Notes: generated from the letters alone by a model not told the origin. A stretch of DNA of 64,000 nucleotides from an uncultured Bacteroidota bacterium (GCA_963700635.1 CAVOYH010000006.1:1-64000), one strand, 5' to 3'. Positions 1 to 10,360 are shown, counted from the stretch's first letter. Translations and numbers: made by a program.

Positions 1-391
1 ATCGCGTCACGTAGTATGTCCGGTTTCCGTTCAGCACCATTCCGTACCGCTCTATCATAAAAAGGTGATTCAGGATATGATGCCGGACGATGTCCCGCCT
101 TCCGTGCAGAAGTAAGGCACGATTGATAAAGTGAATGTCCCAGCAGTACATTTCCGGAAACGCAGACTCACTTCCCCCGGCCGAGATATAGGGAAAGGGA
201 AGATACAGCAGCGTGTGCGCTTCCGCTGCGCGACCGGCCTGTTCCTGTGCGCGGTGTTCCTCATCCAGAAACCACGCGCCGCCCAGTTCAGAATTACAGA
301 TCTCTTCTTCCCTGGCACACCGCGTGTCGGCATCCCACCAACTCCGGATCAGCCGGTCTACCGCCTCCCATCGTTCTTTACTGTCCTTCAT
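1..391 (-). CDS. Trehalase-like glycoside hydrolase (GH37-related), N-terminal part; runs off the left edge
   Basis: Absent from the ORF track. Manual translation from the ATG at 391 gives MKDSKERWEA...LLYLPFPYISAGGSESAFPEMYCWDIHFINRALL...NHLFMIERYGMVLNGNRTYYVTR. This matches the GH37 motifs F.E.Y.WD.YF and G.(I/V).N.NR.YY..RS. Confidence 0.8.
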   Translation of the reverse strand, partial: MKDSKERWEAVDRLIRSWWDADTRCAREEEICNSELGGAWFLDEEHRAQEQAGRAAEAHTLLYLPFPYISAGGSESAFPEMYCWDIHFINRALLLHGRRDIVRHHILNHLFMIERYGMVLNGNRTYYVTR

Positions 392-1385
392 TGGCCTTCC
401 GGACCGTCATCCCCCACACCTGCGCGTCCTCCTGACTGTTGAATGTCCATTGTTCACCGGCGTCTCTGCTTTCAAACAGACCGCCATTCAGAGTACCGGC
501 GAAAACGGTCGTCGGTCTTGAAGGCAAAACCGCCAGCGAATGCACATCAAGCACAGAAAGCCCCGCACTCTTCTGATGCCAGCTGTTCCCGCCATCACCG
601 GAACGGTAAACTCCGCCGCCGTGAGTGCCGAGATAGATCGCACCATGATCGCCGGGAGCAAACGCGATGGCGTACACCGTCAGGTGACCGAGTCCGCCAT
701 TGGTCATATTCCAGGTCCTGCCACGATCGGTGGATTTCCAGACACCGTCGTCCTCGGTACCGGCCAGAAATACGGACGGCTTTGACGGATGCTGGACCAG
801 AACACGGATATCCTTCCCCCGGAGTGTTGTGGGGGCCCAGAGGGAGTCTTTCAGGCCGCGCCGGAACACGCCCGTGCCGGTCGCAACCAGAAGGGTCCCG
901 TCCGTGCGGTCTATGCAAATATCACTTGCGTACTTCCCGGCAAGGCCTGCCGTCAGGAACGTCCAATGATTGCCACCGTCCGTCGTCAGGATCGGACCGT
1001 ACGCCGTTGCCGCTGCAACGCGGGCCGGATGTTGAGCGTCGACGCTCAGTTTTAGCACCTCAGTCTCTTGCCAGCCTGTCGTGACCCGCCAGGTCTTTCC
1101 ATGGTCTGACGATCGGAGCACTCCGTTTCCGCAGGCCGACCAGAGTACCCCGTCAGGTCCGGCCTCGGTATAGAACATCCGGATGTATTCCCTCCATCCT
1201 TCATGCTGCCAGCTTTTTCCGGCATCCGTGCTGACAAACAGCCCGATTCTCGGATTGTCGCTTTTCCCCCATGCATGGCGTCGCGAACTGAGCACGGACA
1301 TGTACAGTGTCTCCTGGGTATGGGCTAGCTCCCGGTACCCGGTGCCCACCAGAACAAGAATCACAATAACTCTACAGATCCACAT
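378..1385 (-). CDS. Secreted BNR/Asp-box beta-propeller protein (YCF48/sortilin-like)
   Basis: Repeated Asp-box motifs (STDAGKSW, SSDHGKTW, TTDGGNHW, STDRGRTW, SGDGGNSW, SRDAGEQW). Start reassigned to ATG 1385 (MWICRVIVILVLVG, signal-like), which overlaps the end of the upstream gene. Confidence 0.8.
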   Translation of the reverse strand: MWICRVIVILVLVGTGYRELAHTQETLYMSVLSSRRHAWGKSDNPRIGLFVSTDAGKSWQHEGWREYIRMFYTEAGPDGVLWSACGNGVLRSSDHGKTWRVTTGWQETEVLKLSVDAQHPARVAAATAYGPILTTDGGNHWTFLTAGLAGKYASDICIDRTDGTLLVATGTGVFRRGLKDSLWAPTTLRGKDIRVLVQHPSKPSVFLAGTEDDGVWKSTDRGRTWNMTNGGLGHLTVYAIAFAPGDHGAIYLGTHGGGVYRSGDGGNSWHQKSAGLSVLDVHSLAVLPSRPTTVFAGTLNGGLFESRDAGEQWTFNSQEDAQVWGMTVRKANEGQ

Positions 1386-3753
1386 GAATACCTCGCTGCA
1401 ACGTGGTGGCATTAAACCGACCCAACGATGTTCCGTTGACGACGATGGCCATTGTGTCCGACCGGACATTCCCGAACACCAGGCGGATGGTGCGGGGAGA
1501 AGAGACCACGTCATGGATCGATATATCGATGGTATCAGCTTTTGTCCGCACCTGTGTAATCCGGCATCCATCAATCCCTGCACCCCAGTTTCCGGTGGCA
1601 TCCACGTATGCGTCGCCATACAACGCGGCGATCAGGTGGATCGAGACGACAGAGCTTCCGGTCCCCCAGTGTAAGCCGGTCACACCGGCGAGTTTGTCGT
1701 AGGATGCATGCGCATAATTTTCAGCGGTTCTGGGTGACTCCGGAGATTCAAACAACGAGAACATGGCGCGGAGCGCGGCCACTCCCCGCTCGAAGTATTC
1801 CCGTTTGCCGGTTGCGTGAAAGTACCTCATGTATGTGACGGCGAAATACCCCTGACGCGAATCACTCCACTCTCCATCTGTATTCTGCACTCCGAACCCG
1901 CCAAAAAGTTCGCAGGAAAGCCAGCGGGGGCTCCACACCTGCTGGTACAGGCCGAGGTAGTCCAGAATTGCCTCACCCCGATTCAGATAAAGGGTATCGT
2001 TTGTGAGTTCATAGAGTGAGAGGCAGGCTTCCGCGGCCTGGTGCATGGACAATGTATTCTGCGGATGCTGCCCGGTGTACGTGTCGTAGAATCCCGGTGT
2101 TTTGCGCGAACACGAAAAGAACGTCTCAAAATCGAACCACTTATGATCCGGTTCGATCTCTCTGAAGATGTACGCCATGGCCCGTTCCGCGGCATGGAGC
2201 GCAGTCGTGTCACCCGTCCTTCTCGAATACTCTGCGAGGAAGAGCGCCGCGCCGGCAGTTTCGGCATTTTCGGAGCGGAATTCCGGCGCAGGATCAAGAG
2301 TCACGGGCTCATACCAGGATGGAATCACGCCGGTGGCGTCTTGATGTTTTATAAGAAACTTCGAGAATCGTTCGGTATAGTTGAGGATCTCGGGTTTCCG
2401 TTCGGGGAACAGATCAGCCCAGGCAAGCAGCCATGTCCCGGTCCACGCATTGTGAAACATCGGAAGGTACCGACCCTTCCCTATTCCTCCCCATGCGTGG
2501 TCGGCAACCCAATGCCCGCCGGAACTGTCCATATAAAAGATGGAGGGTGCAATCCCCCCCTCCTGCGGTGCATGCAGTGCAAGATTGAGCACTCCCTGCG
2601 CCTGGCGAACAAGCTCCTGATTTCCGGAGGATTGTCCGTACAACGCCATTCCATATGCTGTCCGGAGTGCATTAAACCAGACGTTGAACCAGCAGTCATC
2701 ATCCGCACCCTTGTGCAGCGTATTACTCCAGGCCAGCCGTCCCTGGCGCAGCAGCGTGACCGGCGTCCCCTCCCATGACGCTTCCAGAGCCACCATCGGA
2801 ACATAGACGTTCCATGCCTTATGGATATACGCCGAAAACGGTTCCGACTGAGGTCCGCGGGGTGAGGAAAAATTCTTCTGACCAAACCGATCCCACAGGA
2901 ACCGCACGATCTCTCTGTACCCTTCGCGCGCCGGGGCGCGGGCATTCAGATACAGATAGTACCCACAGGCAAGCGACGTGTCGTTCACCCTGACGGCGAG
3001 GCTGTCATCGTGGTGGTAGTAGACATGTGCTCGTTTCTCCCAGGGCAGAAATCCGTACGCCATCAGCGGGGTTGCGCCCCCGTCCATCTGCACATCGGCA
3101 CCCGTCCGCACCATTCGGCGGGGTGTATCCATCAGGGCAGGATCGGGCATCATCGCCACGAAGCGTGAATCCCGCTGCATCATCAGAGCGGGAGAGCGGA
3201 AAACATGATCACCGATAACATCCTGTGCCTCGGGACGCAGCTGCGGCGTATAGACAAAGTCCGGCTGCCGGTCCTGATGGGTGATCGTGTCCCCGGGAAA
3301 GGCCGTGTACGGGGCCAGAAGGTACGACAGATCCAGGCTCCCCACAACTGTGGCCGTGAGGGTCACGTGCACAAAGGGATCGCCGGTGCGTATCACGATC
3401 CGTTTTGTGATGGCAGCGGCCCCATCCCGGGCCGTGAGTTGTACTTCCTGCACCCCGTCGGCGGCCGGTATCACCCGGGCCACGCTGTAGCCGTGCTCGT
3501 ACGATTGCCCCCCGCGTCGCCATGCAGGATCGGGTCGGAGCCGGTGGCCCGACTGGAGGAGCAGCTGCCATCCCCCCGCGTGCTGTGCAAAGTATGTTTC
3601 TGTCCAGCGGTCATCGTCGCGGGAAAGGACAAGACGAACATGCTCATTACCGAGCTCGATACGGTTGTTCGGTTCATTCGCCATGCTTTCGCCTCTGCCG
3701 CAGGGTAAACAGAAGAACAGGAGCACGATCCCTATGCTGAGTCTCTTGCCCAT
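1372..3753 (-). CDS. Secreted hypothetical protein, probable (alpha/alpha)6-barrel carbohydrate-active enzyme
   Basis: 793-aa ORF with an N-terminal signal peptide, a beta-rich N-half and a helical-hairpin C-half (e.g. LYELTNDTLYLNRGE, YFHATGKREYFERG) typical of six-hairpin glycosidase folds. Confidence 0.6.
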   Translation of the reverse strand: MGKRLSIGIVLLFFCLPCGRGESMANEPNNRIELGNEHVRLVLSRDDDRWTETYFAQHAGGWQLLLQSGHRLRPDPAWRRGGQSYEHGYSVARVIPAADGVQEVQLTARDGAAAITKRIVIRTGDPFVHVTLTATVVGSLDLSYLLAPYTAFPGDTITHQDRQPDFVYTPQLRPEAQDVIGDHVFRSPALMMQRDSRFVAMMPDPALMDTPRRMVRTGADVQMDGGATPLMAYGFLPWEKRAHVYYHHDDSLAVRVNDTSLACGYYLYLNARAPAREGYREIVRFLWDRFGQKNFSSPRGPQSEPFSAYIHKAWNVYVPMVALEASWEGTPVTLLRQGRLAWSNTLHKGADDDCWFNVWFNALRTAYGMALYGQSSGNQELVRQAQGVLNLALHAPQEGGIAPSIFYMDSSGGHWVADHAWGGIGKGRYLPMFHNAWTGTWLLAWADLFPERKPEILNYTERFSKFLIKHQDATGVIPSWYEPVTLDPAPEFRSENAETAGAALFLAEYSRRTGDTTALHAAERAMAYIFREIEPDHKWFDFETFFSCSRKTPGFYDTYTGQHPQNTLSMHQAAEACLSLYELTNDTLYLNRGEAILDYLGLYQQVWSPRWLSCELFGGFGVQNTDGEWSDSRQGYFAVTYMRYFHATGKREYFERGVAALRAMFSLFESPESPRTAENYAHASYDKLAGVTGLHWGTGSSVVSIHLIAALYGDAYVDATGNWGAGIDGCRITQVRTKADTIDISIHDVVSSPRTIRLVFGNVRSDTMAIVVNGTSLGRFNATTLQRGIHVDL

Positions 3754-5385
3754 CTACCACCGCACCCGCTTTGTTATCTTTTGCATGTTCAGCCCGAACA
3801 TCAACCGTTTTTCCGCAGGCGTGCAGTGTGAATACGCCATCCATCCGAACTGCGGCAGCGGATCGCGCATCGGCTGGTCGGTGCCGAACAGCACCCGTTC
3901 CGCACCCACATGCTTCACCATAAACTCAATAACGCGGTAGGTCGCAGCGGTCAGTGTGATCTCCAGATACACGTTCGGGAACTTCAGCGCAAACTCTATT
4001 CCGCGCCGTGCCTCCTTGAATGATCCGCCCTGGTGAGCCAGGATGAACGATGTATCCGGATATTTGGGAAGAAGATCGGTCAGCTCAGCCGCAAAATTGA
4101 CGGAGGGATGGAGCAAGGTGTAGCAGCGGTGCCTGTTCCCGTATTCAAACCATGTCGACCAGGCCGGATCATTGTAGGGGATATCGGTTCGGGGATAATA
4201 GGGTTTGAGACCTCCCATCCGGTACCGACCGTGCACCTTTGCAATTTCCCTCTTCCAGTCCTTCACGTATTGTGGTTGCAGAGAAGCATATCCACGGTAA
4301 AACCGGGGGAACCGTTTCATCGCATCGTACACAATCTCATTACCATCTTCATAATCGGCCCAGATAGCCAGCCATGCGCTCATATGTATCTGGCTCATGC
4401 CCATCAACTTCGCCCGTTCGAACATGCTCGGCGCATCAGAGAATGGTTGATACATAAAGCCGACACCGACGGCATCTTCGTGCGAGATGTGCGCATGGGC
4501 GTCGATGACCAGCGTATCGCGCAGCGGTTTTCCCTCCCGGGCCGCTGCAAGAATGGGGTCGGCAATACGCTTCTTGCGATATGGCGCCGGTTGCCGTTCC
4601 AGTTTCAGCAGGCGTGAAAGATTTCCCCCCGCGATAAGGGCTTTTTCTTCATCGGAAAGCGTACAGTAGTCAACAAACGCTTTTGCAGCGCCCGGAGACT
4701 TGTCAAGGGCTCCGGTGCCAAAAAGCAGACGGTCGGCCCCGAACCAGCCGGCGTATACCTCCAGTCCACGATTCGACTGATGATTCGAGAATTCGAGAAA
4801 GAGGCGGGGATGTTTGGACATGAGCGTGTGCAGGTACCGGGTCGCGTCCCAGCGTGAATTCTGAAGCAGAACATTCAGGTTCGGGTGCCGACCCAGGACA
4901 CTATCCAGTTCGGTCAGAAGAACCTGGTTTGCGGCGTCGAGGATATCGGGGGCGTACATGCCGCCCCCCTCAAGGATGAGCAACATTTCCTCCTCTTCCA
5001 GCGCTGCAAGCAGTTCCCCGCAACTGTCTTCCGTAAAAAAGTAGTGATGTGACCGCGGGTACATCTTCGCGGCGCGGATGCCGTTGTCGTGCATTTCCTG
5101 GAGCAGATCGCGGGGAGGTGGCATCTCTCCGGTGTGGTGCGGCATAACCGCCCAGACACCGTGGAGCCGCGGGCTCTTTTTTAACTCGCGCACCAGCTTC
5201 CGGTTGCCAAAGGTCGGATCGTATTCCTTCCCGAGCCAGTGCGCAATCAGCGCTCCCTGAATGCCGCACCACTCCATTTCTTCAAGGAGCACCTCGGTCT
5301 CGTAGAGCGTTTCTACGTCCTTCGGGCCCCGTCTACCGATCATAGCATTGGCATCAATATAGATACGGTCGTTCATGTTCACCAC
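3754..5385 (-). CDS. Tandem two-domain amidohydrolase (amidohydro_2 family)
   Basis: Two TIM-barrel repeats. The C-domain has IDAHAH, LLH, LAHQG and VLFGTD.P; the N-domain has degenerate equivalents IDANAM and LLFGTG. Confidence 0.85.
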   Translation of the reverse strand: MVNMNDRIYIDANAMIGRRGPKDVETLYETEVLLEEMEWCGIQGALIAHWLGKEYDPTFGNRKLVRELKKSPRLHGVWAVMPHHTGEMPPPRDLLQEMHDNGIRAAKMYPRSHHYFFTEDSCGELLAALEEEEMLLILEGGGMYAPDILDAANQVLLTELDSVLGRHPNLNVLLQNSRWDATRYLHTLMSKHPRLFLEFSNHQSNRGLEVYAGWFGADRLLFGTGALDKSPGAAKAFVDYCTLSDEEKALIAGGNLSRLLKLERQPAPYRKKRIADPILAAAREGKPLRDTLVIDAHAHISHEDAVGVGFMYQPFSDAPSMFERAKLMGMSQIHMSAWLAIWADYEDGNEIVYDAMKRFPRFYRGYASLQPQYVKDWKREIAKVHGRYRMGGLKPYYPRTDIPYNDPAWSTWFEYGNRHRCYTLLHPSVNFAAELTDLLPKYPDTSFILAHQGGSFKEARRGIEFALKFPNVYLEITLTAATYRVIEFMVKHVGAERVLFGTDQPMRDPLPQFGWMAYSHCTPAEKRLMFGLNMQKITKRVRW

Positions 5386-6626
5386 CAGAATGGTTTGATA
5401 GTTCCCCGTTCACGGACTTCGGCATCACGTGCGCGTTGCAGCGCACTGCGGGCCTTCTCCAGCGTCTCATCGATATCCGCTTCCTTGTGCGAGTACGAAA
5501 TGAACCAGCGGGGACTCATAAAGATCCCCTCCCGGTACAACTCACGATGCCAGACGAATTCCAGCCGGTCATGGAAACCCGGATCGGAATGATCAAACTT
5601 CAAGAAGGAAGCAGGGGGTAAACCCGCCGCGTGTGCCGCGATACCCAGGTCTTTTGCGATCGTCTCGAGTCCCGACATCAAACGTTTCCCCATCGCATAA
5701 AGATGTTCGTGCACCGGCTCACGCTTCATTATGTTCAGGGTCGCAATGGCTGCAGCAATGGACAACGTTTCACCGGCGTAGGTTGTTGTCATCTTGAACC
5801 GGTAGAGCGTTTCCATATACTCGCTGCGGCCGACGTATGTCGAGAGCGGAAAGCCATTGGCCATGGCCTTGGCGTATCCGGCAAGGTCCGCATCCACACC
5901 AAAAAACTCCTGTGCGCCGCCCCTGGCCAGACGAAATCCCGTCAGCACCTCGTCAAGGACCAGGAGAATGCCATACTCCCGTGTTTTCGCGCGGAGGAAC
6001 CTGATGTAATCGCCGCTGGTGTCCTCATTGAAGTCATACGGGATCGAAATGACGCAGGCAATCCGCTCGCCGTACAGCGTGATCAACCGCTCCGCTTCCT
6101 CACAGTTTCCCCAGGGAATAATCTTCACATAGTCCTTCATAAACTCCGGCACACCGTTGTTCGGACTGTCCTCCGTCGCAAACCAGTCCGGATATCCATG
6201 GTACCCGCTCATGAGAATCATATCACGCCGGGTGTAGGCGCGGGCGATGCGGATATTTGAGAGGTTGGCGTCTTCCCCGGTCTTCATGAAGCGCACTCTC
6301 TCGGCGTTGGGAACCATGTCGTGAATAAGCCGGGCAAGATCGAGTTCTATCGGACTGGCCATGCTGAACAGGACACCATGTGCCAGCTGCGCTCGCACCG
6401 CATCGTCCACCTCATCATAACAGTAGCCCAGCGTTACGGGACCGAGCGCGAGCCGGTAATCGATGTACTCTTTCCCTTCCATGTCCCACACGCGGCACCC
6501 TTTTCCCCGGACGATGAACTTTGGCATCACACCATCAAATGCGGGATATGGCCGTTTTGCGTTGGTTTGGGTTCCCCAGGGAATCAGCTTTAATGCTTCT
6601 TCGAAATGTCTATCAGATGGTTTCAT
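5379..6626 (-). CDS. Class III PLP aminotransferase (glutamate-1-semialdehyde aminomutase-like)
   Basis: GKGCRVWDMEGKEYIDY, GYHG, LVLDEVLTGFR and the PLP lysine in YAKAMANGFP. Confidence 0.9.
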   Translation of the reverse strand: MKPSDRHFEEALKLIPWGTQTNAKRPYPAFDGVMPKFIVRGKGCRVWDMEGKEYIDYRLALGPVTLGYCYDEVDDAVRAQLAHGVLFSMASPIELDLARLIHDMVPNAERVRFMKTGEDANLSNIRIARAYTRRDMILMSGYHGYPDWFATEDSPNNGVPEFMKDYVKIIPWGNCEEAERLITLYGERIACVISIPYDFNEDTSGDYIRFLRAKTREYGILLVLDEVLTGFRLARGGAQEFFGVDADLAGYAKAMANGFPLSTYVGRSEYMETLYRFKMTTTYAGETLSIAAAIATLNIMKREPVHEHLYAMGKRLMSGLETIAKDLGIAAHAAGLPPASFLKFDHSDPGFHDRLEFVWHRELYREGIFMSPRWFISYSHKEADIDETLEKARSALQRARDAEVRERGTIKPFWW

Positions 6627-8647
6627 ATGACAATCTCAGGTTCATCATGTTCAACGGATATGCGGGCACGGATAAGCCGCGCATTGTGCTGTCCGGAAAT
6701 TTCGAAGACCGGTCCGGTCTGACGTACGGCGAGAGTCCCATGAGTCTTGCCGGCCTTCTGTGCCGTGCACACAGTCAGAAGTGTGTGCTCGAGCACCTCG
6801 GGAGACTGCACTTCTACAAAAGGATGGACGCCCTTGTCGGCCGGGAGCGGGAGTGTGCCGGTCCGCGCTGTAATCCCCGCATGACCATAGACCCTGGCTT
6901 CAAGATGGGCGTTGGGGCGGCTGATCCTGAACCCCGCGCCCGAGGCGGAGACCGAGGCCTTCCCATCGAAATTGTCGGCTTGAAATCTCAGCTGTACAGA
7001 AAAGGGCGTGTCGTGTAACCGGATCCGGTCCACAAGCAGCAGGATGTCCGGTTTCAGGAATACGACCGACCGGCGGACCAAACGGACACCCGGGAGCACG
7101 AGGCGATAGGCCTCCGTGGCATCGCTGGTGACAAGCAGGTCCCCATGACGATCTTCGTAGGCAACAACGTGCGCTTCCGCCCATGACGCATTTGTTCCTT
7201 CATGACCGTCATGATACTGATGCCCTTTCCCATCGATCAACACGGCCGTGTGAGCCGGGGTGAGACGGAGGAGCCAGTGAGGTTCGGTGTAGGAGTAGGC
7301 CGCTTTGTAGGGGTCATGGAATAATCGTTCCCCGTAGGCGGAAAAGATTACGCTGTTCCGGTCGGCATGTTCGTGGTTGGCCGGACCTCCGCTCCTCAGG
7401 GCCACGACACTGCTCTGCTCGTGCCATCCGGTCCGCGCCACGACCAGGTCGTTTGACAGGCGCACATTGTGCAGCGCCGCAGGAGGGGCGGTGCTCTTCA
7501 CGCGCGGATCGTACCAGAGGACTGCAAAATGACTCTGGACTTCGCCTATGCTGGTGGCAACATATTGCGCAAGGCCATCACGGTGAATGCCGGCCGTCCA
7601 TGCCGCAACGGAAATATCTCCCATCGTCCACGCATCACCAACATTAACGCAGTCATTCGGACGTCCGATTGTTGGCATCGCCATGGTGAGTGCGTATCTG
7701 ACGGTGCCGGGAAAATCGATAAGAGCACGGTGATCCGCCCCCGTGCGGCGATAGAGTACTTCCAGTGCAAGCGCAAGATGGAGACTGGTATATCCCCAGT
7801 ACCCGATTCCTTCATCATAGCTGCCATCCGGACCATACATCGTGGCAAATGCCCTTGCGCTTTGCAGGGCCATATCGATCCACCGTTCGGCCTGAGGGTG
7901 TCGTCCGTGGAGACGGCATCCCGCCATCATGAGACCGGCGATGGGAATCACCTTCAGGTTTGTGGAGTTCAGGATAAGCGGCCACCGGCGGAGATCAAAA
8001 CGATAGGGATACTGATCTTCCGGATCAAAGCCCCAGCCCCGTACACGGTCCGGAAACTTCATCCCGTACAGCGTTCGGTAACACGCCGGGGCACCCTTGT
8101 CCGCAATCTGTTGTTCAATCTCCTTCTGCAGATCCAGAGGTACTGCCGACCCGAGGAATTCAAGCGCGCATACCATGGCTATGGTTGCCTCGGGTGCACG
8201 CTGCAACCCGATCGTGTGCTCCCCGCCTTCAAGAAAATAGTCCCACCGCGTATACTGCAATAACCTGTCGATGGCAAGGCGGGCGAGTTCGAGCTGTCTG
8301 GCATCCTCGGTCAACGCGTACACAAATGACGTCCGTTCAAGAATCAAGCGGGCACGGAGCATGTGATAGGCGTGGTTATTCAGGCTGAGTTCGTCGCGGA
8401 GGAACACCGTGTCCGCAGACACGTCTTCGTCCTTCAGCTTCTTCCAGAACGGTGCAAATCGTGGCAGCGTGATCGTTTCCCTCATACGCGCGAGATCAGG
8501 CTGGTCGAAGAGCAATCCGCGCTGCTGCGGCGACTCTCCTGTCCGTCCCGGCACGTCCGGAAATGTCACGTGCGGGAAAAGCGAGAGACCTGCGGCGGCA
8601 GCAACACCGTTCCTCAGAAATGATCTGCGTGATGGTGACAGGGACAT
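6623..8647 (-). CDS. Tat-exported heparinase II/III-like protein (polysaccharide lyase-like fold)
   Basis: Tat signal SRRSFLR after ATG 8647. Motifs DGSYDEGIGYWGY, ARTGW, NHEHADRNS, AHTAVLIDGKGH and VRRSVVFLKPD. Confidence 0.8.
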   Translation of the reverse strand: MSLSPSRRSFLRNGVAAAAGLSLFPHVTFPDVPGRTGESPQQRGLLFDQPDLARMRETITLPRFAPFWKKLKDEDVSADTVFLRDELSLNNHAYHMLRARLILERTSFVYALTEDARQLELARLAIDRLLQYTRWDYFLEGGEHTIGLQRAPEATIAMVCALEFLGSAVPLDLQKEIEQQIADKGAPACYRTLYGMKFPDRVRGWGFDPEDQYPYRFDLRRWPLILNSTNLKVIPIAGLMMAGCRLHGRHPQAERWIDMALQSARAFATMYGPDGSYDEGIGYWGYTSLHLALALEVLYRRTGADHRALIDFPGTVRYALTMAMPTIGRPNDCVNVGDAWTMGDISVAAWTAGIHRDGLAQYVATSIGEVQSHFAVLWYDPRVKSTAPPAALHNVRLSNDLVVARTGWHEQSSVVALRSGGPANHEHADRNSVIFSAYGERLFHDPYKAAYSYTEPHWLLRLTPAHTAVLIDGKGHQYHDGHEGTNASWAEAHVVAYEDRHGDLLVTSDATEAYRLVLPGVRLVRRSVVFLKPDILLLVDRIRLHDTPFSVQLRFQADNFDGKASVSASGAGFRISRPNAHLEARVYGHAGITARTGTLPLPADKGVHPFVEVQSPEVLEHTLLTVCTAQKAGKTHGTLAVRQTGPVFEISGQHNARLIRARISVEHDEPEIVI

Positions 8648-8692
8648 GGCAATCTCCGGTACGAAGCTTTCCGTGCACTCCACGGTGACACG

Positions 8693-9511
8693 TCAGTGGG
8701 CGGCGGCGTGCATCATTCGTTGCAGCGTTTCAACATTGAGCCTGGAGTGTTCAATCAGGGGATTACTGTGGGTCTCTATCGTAATGTGTTCGACCGGACG
8801 ATCCTGCATCAATGCGCGCAGTTGCCCCGTCCAGTCAATGGCTCCCTGACCGATGGGGACACATTTGATGAGGGACCCGACGGCGGTATCTTTTGCATGG
8901 ACATTGATGATACTCGATTTGAGCGCTTCGTACCCCTGCGGATAAGGGACTTCATCGGTACCATACGCATTACAGGGATCCCAGTTCGCTCCGAGTGCGG
9001 GTGAACCGACATCCTGGATAAAGGCGTGGGTGTTGACGCCCGTGTCGCACCAGAAGCCGGGTTCATTTTCGATGGCGAGGCGGACTCCCGCCCGGGCGGC
9101 GAGTTCTGCCGCACGGCGCATCACATCCACCGCCCGATGATACCGGTCAGGGGGTTCCCCTGCTTCCCGTTGAAAACCAAACACGAGGATGAGGGGACAG
9201 GAAAGTGTTGCTGCAAGATCGAGTGTTGCGGGTAACACGGAACGCAGTTCTTCTTCGAGTTCCGCCGTGCGTGAGAGATGTGCTTTGAACATCCCGGGTG
9301 AAAGCGCCGTGATGCTGACGCCATGCTCGCGGACAAGCCCCGCGACGGCGCGGAGTTCCTGTGCCTCCACCCGGGGAATCCGGCCGGTGGTCAGGCAGCG
9401 GATTTCATAGCGGTGGATTCCCCACGACAAGCCGTGTCGCAGCGCTTCACCGAAGTCATTGACAATTTCATCGCTGACAATGCCGAGCGCGAGAGGAGTT
9501 GATGTTTTCAT
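8693..9511 (-). CDS. Sugar phosphate isomerase/epimerase family (xylose-isomerase-like TIM barrel)
   Basis: LAIENE, NWDPCN, VHAKD, G.GAIDW and TIETH metal-binding pattern. Confidence 0.85.
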   Translation of the reverse strand: MKTSTPLALGIVSDEIVNDFGEALRHGLSWGIHRYEIRCLTTGRIPRVEAQELRAVAGLVREHGVSITALSPGMFKAHLSRTAELEEELRSVLPATLDLAATLSCPLILVFGFQREAGEPPDRYHRAVDVMRRAAELAARAGVRLAIENEPGFWCDTGVNTHAFIQDVGSPALGANWDPCNAYGTDEVPYPQGYEALKSSIINVHAKDTAVGSLIKCVPIGQGAIDWTGQLRALMQDRPVEHITIETHSNPLIEHSRLNVETLQRMMHAAAH

Positions 9512-10290
9512 GAGTGTTGTCCCTGGTATCCTAGTTCACGTGAGATTACTTCACCCTCTTTCTTCAGGAGTTCCACGATCTCACCGGCGAGGGTACGGTT
9601 CCGGCGTAGCCGTTCCGATTGTAGGGCGGTCATAAGGGCCGCAACCACTTTCCCGTGATGATCACGAATCGGCACTGCGATCGCACAGAGGTCGGGTTTA
9701 TATTCGGCGTCCGCAACCACATACCCGGTACGCCGCACTTCTTTGAGCCGCTCCTTCAGACGGGACACGCTCGTGAGCGTCCGGGGGGTGAATCGTTTAA
9801 ACGCCGAGCGCCCCACAATCAGGTCCAACGCCTCTTCCCCCACCTCGGCAACAAGTACCTGGCCCGAGGCAGTCGCGTGGACAGGTGAACGCTGTCCGAG
9901 TCGTGCGACCATACGCCAGATTTCCGGCGTGTCAGCGCGATCAATGATGATCACCTCATTCTCGTCAAGAACGGCCACGTAGTAACTCTCTCTGGTCTCG
10001 TGAGCCATCCGCACCACATGCGGATGGGTGATCGACTTGAGATCGATCTTCTCGAGCGCCCGATTACCCCAGTCGATCAATTTCATCCCGAGGTTGTATA
10101 CGTTCCGCGTGCGATCCAGCTGCACGATGGATACTTTCTCCAGCGTGAGGAGGATGCGGAACAAGGAACTTTTGGGAATGCCTGTTTGGCGGGAAAGATC
10201 AGCGAGTGAATGACCGGTGTGCGACCCTGCGAGAATCTCCAGCACCTGAACCGCCCGATGCACCGCTGGAACGGTATATTCGTTTGCCAT
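9508..10290 (-). CDS. IclR-family transcriptional regulator
   Basis: N-terminal HTH (AVHRAVQVLE...LSRQTGIPKSSLFRILLTL). Effector domain with PVHATASG and CAIAVPIRDHHG. Confidence 0.93.
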   Translation of the reverse strand: MANEYTVPAVHRAVQVLEILAGSHTGHSLADLSRQTGIPKSSLFRILLTLEKVSIVQLDRTRNVYNLGMKLIDWGNRALEKIDLKSITHPHVVRMAHETRESYYVAVLDENEVIIIDRADTPEIWRMVARLGQRSPVHATASGQVLVAEVGEEALDLIVGRSAFKRFTPRTLTSVSRLKERLKEVRRTGYVVADAEYKPDLCAIAVPIRDHHGKVVAALMTALQSERLRRNRTLAGEIVELLKKEGEVISRELGYQGQHS

Positions 10291-10310
10291 TGCCAGTGCT
10301 GTTTAATGGA

Positions 10311-10360
10311 GTAAACGACGTTTTATTAGTAAAGATACGACGAAGATCACGTAACCGCAA
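10311..10360 (-). promoter_or_regulatory. Predicted sigma70 promoter plus operator-like palindrome upstream of the IclR gene
   Basis: Minus strand TTGCGG (10360-10355), 17-nt spacer, TATCTT (10337-10332), followed by TAAAACGTCGTTTAC (10325-10311). Confidence 0.5.

Noticed and set aside
1386-1619. N-terminal extension of the 413-aa ORF 378..1619
   Set aside because: It overlaps the upstream gene in another frame. ATG 1385 gives a signal peptide and a normal short overlap.
5379-6626. Calling the class III aminotransferase hemL and the last gene hemE
   Set aside because: There is no tetrapyrrole context. The N-terminal motif (WGTQTNAKR) and the YHTCGG motif fit non-heme subfamilies.
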